Notes under the pieces: generated by a model
What the model was told of the DNA's origin: nothing
The model's input: only the letters and a program-made list of their open reading frames with translations
Database searches by the model: none
Shown here: positions 59,300-64,000 of the stretch, piece by piece
Layout: each line of letters begins with the position of its first letter
How positions within the stretch are numbered: position 1 is the first letter of the stretch
Origin: an uncultured Desulfobacterales bacterium
GTDB lineage: Bacteria > Desulfobacterota > Desulfobacteria > Desulfobacterales > B30-G6
Assembly (NCBI GenBank): GCA_964633115.1
Contig: CAZWEO010000006.1
Span: 13,091-77,090 of the forward strand
DNA: 64,000 bases
Direction: 5' to 3'
Made by a program: the position numbers and the translations under genes

Positions 59300-61837
59300 A
59301 TGCTAAAAAAACTCTTCGGGACCAACCTAGTCCAAATTTCCCTTTTAACACTTGTGGTAGTGTTGTGTATGCTTTGGCCTTTTTATCCGCTGGATCGCTT
59401 GGAAAACGAGTATTTTGACTTCTGGGCCGGCCGATTCAATACCGGAGATCACCCACCAGTGGCCGTAGTTGAGATCGACGATAAAAGTCTTCAATCTATT
59501 GGGGCCTGGCCCTGGCCACGATCGTATGTTGCCGAAATGGTACAGGGTCTATCAGATGCTGGCGCTCAAGCAATTGGTGTCATGCTGCTCTATTCTCAGG
59601 AGGCCTTGAATCCCGGCCTGGAGGAAATCCATACTCTGCGGGAAATCAATCGGATTAAATCACAACAATCCACGAAGGCCTCTGCAAAAATACCGGATAC
59701 CGAGTTTTCCCGTTCCGAGAAACGACTGAATCATGATGAACAGCTTATATCAGCCGTTAAATCCTCTCGAAATGTGGTTCTACCTTTTCGGCTATTAAAT
59801 TCAGCCTCCCCTTTTGAAGGTGACGACAAACTCTCGGGCATGCTCATCATCAATTCGCTGAAAGGTGAAAAAAATGATGCCTTGGTAAACAGAGGTTTTA
59901 CGGGTCTGAGTGCGTGGATGCGGCAACGGAGTGGGACCGGCAATCCCATTTATCCAATTCGTGAACCGTACAAAGAATTGGCCGGTAAGGCTGGTGCAAT
60001 CGGCCATCTGAATTTAACCGTTGATGCCGATGGCATCGTCCGCAAAATCCCCCTACTTCTCGATTATAAAGGCCGCCTATTGCCATCTTTTGCCCTCCAA
60101 ATGGTACTCAAATACAAAAACAGCAATCTCAAAAAACTAAAAATAGGCAGCAATGGCGGTACAGCGGGCGGATTGCGGGTTGGAGATTTGGACATACCCA
60201 CCGACCGATCCTATCAGATGTTGTTTTCCCATAATCCCAACGAGTCTAAATTAAAAACATATTCATTCGTAAATGTTATGAATGATGCAGTTGACGCCAA
60301 ACAGCTTAAAAATGCCATTGTCTTGCTCGGTATCACGGGGGGTGAATATGCTCGACTTTACCGAGCAGCGGGCGGTGATGAGATATCCGAAGTGGAATTT
60401 TTTGGGAACATTCTGGAAAATATCCTAAGCCCGCGGCACCTCTCCCGCCCAGGCTGGTCCTTACCGTTGGAAATTCTCGCTGTTCTTTATTTCGCTGTGT
60501 TTCTCATTTTTATCATCCCCCGGATCAATTTCAAAGTCGCTGGGTTGATCCTGGGTATTTTTTTAGTGACCTGGGCCGGCACCAGTCTGGCCCTTTTTTG
60601 GGTGAACGGATACTGGATTAAAATATTTCCACCCGTGATCCTGGCAGTGTGTGGTTTTGGACTGGTGGGTTTCAAATCTCTTGCCTCAAAAAAACGCTAT
60701 GAAATGCTGGAGGCTAACAAGACCTTGGGATTGTCTTATCAAGGGCAAGGTATGCTGGATAATGCCCTGGAGAGATTTATGCAGTGCCCGGTCGAGGACC
60801 AATCCGTGAAAAATTTGCTTTACAATCTAGGCCTTGATTTCGAGCGTAAAAGAATGGCCAACAAATCCCTGGCCATATATGAACATATCCGTAAGGGCGG
60901 GAATTTTAAGGACCTCAAAAAACGAATTAAAAAGCTCAAAACCAAAGGCGGTGCGCGACCCATCTCATCAACTAGCGGCCTCGGTGGCACTACCATGTCC
61001 GTGGATGATACTGATACACATCCGACCCTTGGCCGTTATGAACTTTTATCGGAGCTCGGTCGGGGAGCCATGGGCACAGTTTTTCTTGGGCTGGATCCCC
61101 GAATCAATCGAGAAGTTGCCGTAAAGACATTACCCTATACAGAAATCGAGACCAATGAATTGGATGATGTCAAAACCCGTTTCTTTCGAGAAGCTGAGGC
61201 TGCCGGAAAATTGTCCCATCCCAATATCGTTGCCATCTACGATGCCGGAGAAGAACACGACATGGCCTATATCGCCATGGAATATCTGCAGGGCCATGAC
61301 CTTACCAGCTGCTGTACAAGCGATAATCTGCTACCCCTTGAACAAGTACTGGAGATTATTACCGCTGTGGCCTCGGCTCTCGAATATGCCCATCGCGAGG
61401 GGGTTGTCCATCGTGATATCAAACCCTCCAACATTATGCTGGTGAAAGATAACCTGGTTAAGGTCACCGATTTTGGTATTGCCAGGGTCATCGATACCTC
61501 TCAAACCCGAACAGGGGTTGCCCTGGGGACACCCAGCTACATGTCACCGGAACAGATTGCCGGGAAAAAGGTGGACGGCCGCTCGGATCTTTTTTCTTTG
61601 GGTATTGTTTTTTACGAACTGTTGACGGGGCAAAAACCGTTTGCAGCTGACTCCATCACCGCCATTCTCTATGCCATCACGCATTCATCCTATACGCCGC
61701 TATCAGCAGCCGCCGGTAAAATTCCACCCGGCTGTGTGGCCGTAGTAGATAAACTGTTGAAAAAAGGTTTGACTAAAAGGTTTGCTTCGGCATCCCAGGT
61801 TATAAAGGCTATTGAGGCTTTTCAGAACAAGCTGTAA
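59300..61837 (+). CDS. CHASE2-domain membrane Ser/Thr protein kinase
   Basis: IDDKSL...WPWPRS, DADGIVR; GRGAMG, VAVK, HRDIKPSN, DFG, GTPSYMSPE. Confidence 0.94.
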   Translation: MLKKLFGTNLVQISLLTLVVVLCMLWPFYPLDRLENEYFDFWAGRFNTGDHPPVAVVEIDDKSLQSIGAWPWPRSYVAEMVQGLSDAGAQAIGVMLLYSQEALNPGLEEIHTLREINRIKSQQSTKASAKIPDTEFSRSEKRLNHDEQLISAVKSSRNVVLPFRLLNSASPFEGDDKLSGMLIINSLKGEKNDALVNRGFTGLSAWMRQRSGTGNPIYPIREPYKELAGKAGAIGHLNLTVDADGIVRKIPLLLDYKGRLLPSFALQMVLKYKNSNLKKLKIGSNGGTAGGLRVGDLDIPTDRSYQMLFSHNPNESKLKTYSFVNVMNDAVDAKQLKNAIVLLGITGGEYARLYRAAGGDEISEVEFFGNILENILSPRHLSRPGWSLPLEILAVLYFAVFLIFIIPRINFKVAGLILGIFLVTWAGTSLALFWVNGYWIKIFPPVILAVCGFGLVGFKSLASKKRYEMLEANKTLGLSYQGQGMLDNALERFMQCPVEDQSVKNLLYNLGLDFERKRMANKSLAIYEHIRKGGNFKDLKKRIKKLKTKGGARPISSTSGLGGTTMSVDDTDTHPTLGRYELLSELGRGAMGTVFLGLDPRINREVAVKTLPYTEIETNELDDVKTRFFREAEAAGKLSHPNIVAIYDAGEEHDMAYIAMEYLQGHDLTSCCTSDNLLPLEQVLEIITAVASALEYAHREGVVHRDIKPSNIMLVKDNLVKVTDFGIARVIDTSQTRTGVALGTPSYMSPEQIAGKKVDGRSDLFSLGIVFYELLTGQKPFAADSITAILYAITHSSYTPLSAAAGKIPPGCVAVVDKLLKKGLTKRFASASQVIKAIEAFQNKL

Positions 61838-61882
61838 TATTTTCACTAACGCAACCATAGAAAAAGATCCCAGGAGGTCGCC

Positions 61883-62257
61883 ATGTTAAAGATTCTTTTA
61901 AAATTTAATGATAAGCTTTTAAAAACCATCGAAACCAAAAAACAAGAACTCTCAATCGGCCGAAACCCCGGCAGCGATATCGTAATCGACAACCTGGGGG
62001 TATCTGACCGGCATGCCCGCATCGTCGAACAGGACGGCCGGTACACGATTGAGGACTTGGATAGCACCAATGGTACCTTCGTGGACGGAAAAAGAATTGC
62101 CAGTGCCGTGTTGGAACCAAACAGCGAAATCATTATCGGTAAGCATAGCTTGGTTATCGAAGAGATACGCGCCAAAGGTTCGGACAACCTATCAAAAACC
62201 GAAAAAACCATGAAGCTCGAAACCAGTCAATATAAGGAGATGCTGAAAAAGCAGTAG
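61883..62257 (+). CDS. FHA-domain protein
   Basis: IGR, VSDRHA, DLDSTNGTFV. Confidence 0.92.
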   Translation: MLKILLKFNDKLLKTIETKKQELSIGRNPGSDIVIDNLGVSDRHARIVEQDGRYTIEDLDSTNGTFVDGKRIASAVLEPNSEIIIGKHSLVIEEIRAKGSDNLSKTEKTMKLETSQYKEMLKKQ

Positions 62258-62263
62258 ACCACT

Positions 62264-62677
62264 ATGAGTCAACTCGATAATAAAACTATATGCGAACAAT
62301 TGCTTTATGATTTCCGTGGGGTGCTAACGTGGAAATGGGATGACTGGGTCGGTACCTTTTTAGCTGAGTTTGACATCGATCAAGAAAGCGACGTCCGTTC
62401 AGTCTTGGAAAAGCATCTACCTATCGCATGGGATAGTTCTAATATAAACAAGGCACCCAAAGCTGTACTGCAACTTGACGACTATCTTGGTGGCATCAGA
62501 CCTACGCAATACTTGTTTAGTTCAGATCCATTTGATGAAGCGTTTGTATTTTGTGCATGGTGGCCATGGGGAAATGGAAGTACCATTTCTCTTCGGATTG
62601 CGCCTTACAATCAAAACCTTTCTAAATCTGAGGAAGAAGAATTAAAGCAGCAGCTGATGGTATTGGCAGGCATTTAA
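62264..62677 (+). CDS. Hypothetical protein
   Basis: 137-aa ORF with AWWPWGNG...ISLRI motif. Confidence 0.65.
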   Translation: MSQLDNKTICEQLLYDFRGVLTWKWDDWVGTFLAEFDIDQESDVRSVLEKHLPIAWDSSNINKAPKAVLQLDDYLGGIRPTQYLFSSDPFDEAFVFCAWWPWGNGSTISLRIAPYNQNLSKSEEEELKQQLMVLAGI

Positions 62678-62760
62678 TGTATTGGGTGATGCGGATTTGA
62701 TGTTGCGTCCAAGAAAGCCAGTGACGTTTAAGTGCAATGGCAGGCTCAGAGAGAGTGTTA

Positions 62761-63126
62761 ATGGTGGATAACGCTAAACTTGTATATTCTACTGAATCTG
62801 GAAGGGCCTGCCCCGATTGTGGAAAACCAACGAGAAGTTGCTCATGTAAAGCAAGGAAGACAAAATTCCATAGCAATATAAAGTCTGATGGAATCATCCG
62901 TATCAGACGAGAAAAGAAAGGCAGGAAAGGCAAAACAGTCACAACAATTTCGGGATTCCAAAAAGGTACCGATGACCTTAAACAGATTGCTAAGGGATTG
63001 AAAAACAAATGTGGAACTGGTGGCTCAATTAAGGACGGCGTTATAATTATTCAAGGAGATCATCGAAAGACAATTCAAACCGAAATACAGCAACAGGGCT
63101 TCACAGTTAAACTTGCTGGTGGGTAA
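62761..63126 (+). CDS. yciH: SUI1/eIF1 family protein YciH
   Basis: LVYSTE, REKKGRKGKTVT, CGTGGSIKDG, IQGDHR. Confidence 0.92.
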   Translation: MVDNAKLVYSTESGRACPDCGKPTRSCSCKARKTKFHSNIKSDGIIRIRREKKGRKGKTVTTISGFQKGTDDLKQIAKGLKNKCGTGGSIKDGVIIIQGDHRKTIQTEIQQQGFTVKLAGG

Positions 63127-63162
63127 GTAATACGTTCGTGCAGAACATACATTAAGTAAGCT

Positions 63163-63400
63163 TTAAACAGATGTTAATTTAAGCAATGAAACTTCGGGTC
63201 TGCAATTAAATCGCACAGGAACCGTGCTGCCTATTCCGCGTGTGGTATAAACCCAACGATCTGTTCCTGAGATACGATTCAGACCCAAAGGATATTTTTC
63301 TGAGAGATATGGATAGTAAGGAGATCCAATAAAAGGAAAAGAAATTTGCCCACCATGAGAATGCCCAGATATCCAAATCCCAGGCATACACCAATTCTTA
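63163..63400 (-). pseudogene. C-terminal remnant of a metallophosphoesterase
   Basis: ISGHSHGGQ...YTTRGIG...RFNCRPEV without the N-terminal motifs. Confidence 0.72.
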
Positions 63401-63543
63401 ACAAATAATCCAAGAAGCTGCGTTTTGATAACTTGATTGTCATAGGCTCGATTTAAACCAAAGATAGCGTACCAATTGCGCAACAGAACAAGGTGTGGCT
63501 TACAACAATTGAATAATGCCGGCATCCGCACTCGGAAGATAAA

Positions 63544-63690
63544 TCAGTTTCGAATAAATAACATTTTGTATTGCATCTTTTCTGCAAACTCAACAATTTC
63601 AAGAATTCGCGGTTTAACCGGCCTTACTTTATCATCAAGCTCTTGATAGCCTTCTCCCTCTTGGATGGTAGCATTCTGTGCGAATCTCAA
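63544..63690 (-). pseudogene. Internal fragment resembling DUF1847 proteins
   Basis: FAQNATIQEGEGY...RPVKPRILEIVEFAEKMQYK then a stop. Confidence 0.5.
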
Positions 63691-64000
63691 GGTTTCAGAA
63701 TTGTTACTGTTTGAGGGCTTGTATCTGTGTAATCAAGGCTAGAATAGGGTGTTTGCTAAAATTACAGCATAATCGCACAATAGAACTAATTAATCAAAAG
63801 TTTCAAGTAATTATGATACTGCGAATCAATATTAATAGCAAATAACTATTGATATCTGCTTGACATCATTACCCATATTTGACATCTTATCTATATCATA
63901 CTCTCCCGTACCAGCACAGCCTTAAAAGACCTAAACTGGCACGAACCGCTGCACAGTGGTGCCTGTTAAAAAGGAGCTGGCGCTATGAAGGATCTAATCA

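Noticed and set aside
63936-63953. Sigma54-like tggcacg...tgca (also ttggcaag...ttgt at 42446)
   Set aside because: GG-to-GC spacing is one base off the strict requirement.

Overview
Bacterial chromosomal window; gene content and intergenic repeats suggest a sulfate-reducing Desulfobacterales-type organism (inference). The centrepiece is a ~22 kb minus-strand bacterial microcompartment (BMC) locus (20036-42382). Its shell set is BMC-H, GrpU-like BMC-H, EutN pentamer, PduT and two double-stacking BMC-T, with PduS, EutJ and a CoA-acylating aldehyde dehydrogenase. It has no lyase signature enzyme, phosphotransacylase or alcohol dehydrogenase. Instead it encodes a gamma-glutamyl-amine ligase, MgsABC-like N-alkylglutamate synthase subunits, a five-part flavin/Fe-S amine dehydrogenase (one part carrying an apparent encapsulation peptide), a class I amidotransferase, a Rid protein, RpiR and a TRAP transporter. 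This suggests a possibly undescribed metabolosome oxidising alkylamines via N-alkylglutamate. An acetylene-hydratase-family Mo/W enzyme is divergent from it. The flanks hold signalling genes (hybrid kinases, sigma54 activator, MCP/CheW, PilZ, CHASE2 Ser/Thr kinase, FHA), an ECF/anti-sigma module, a WYL regulator, a toxin-antitoxin pair, a candidate anti-SD sRNA, several MITE/REP-like repeats and several genes with internal deletions. No rRNA, tRNA or CRISPR array was seen.
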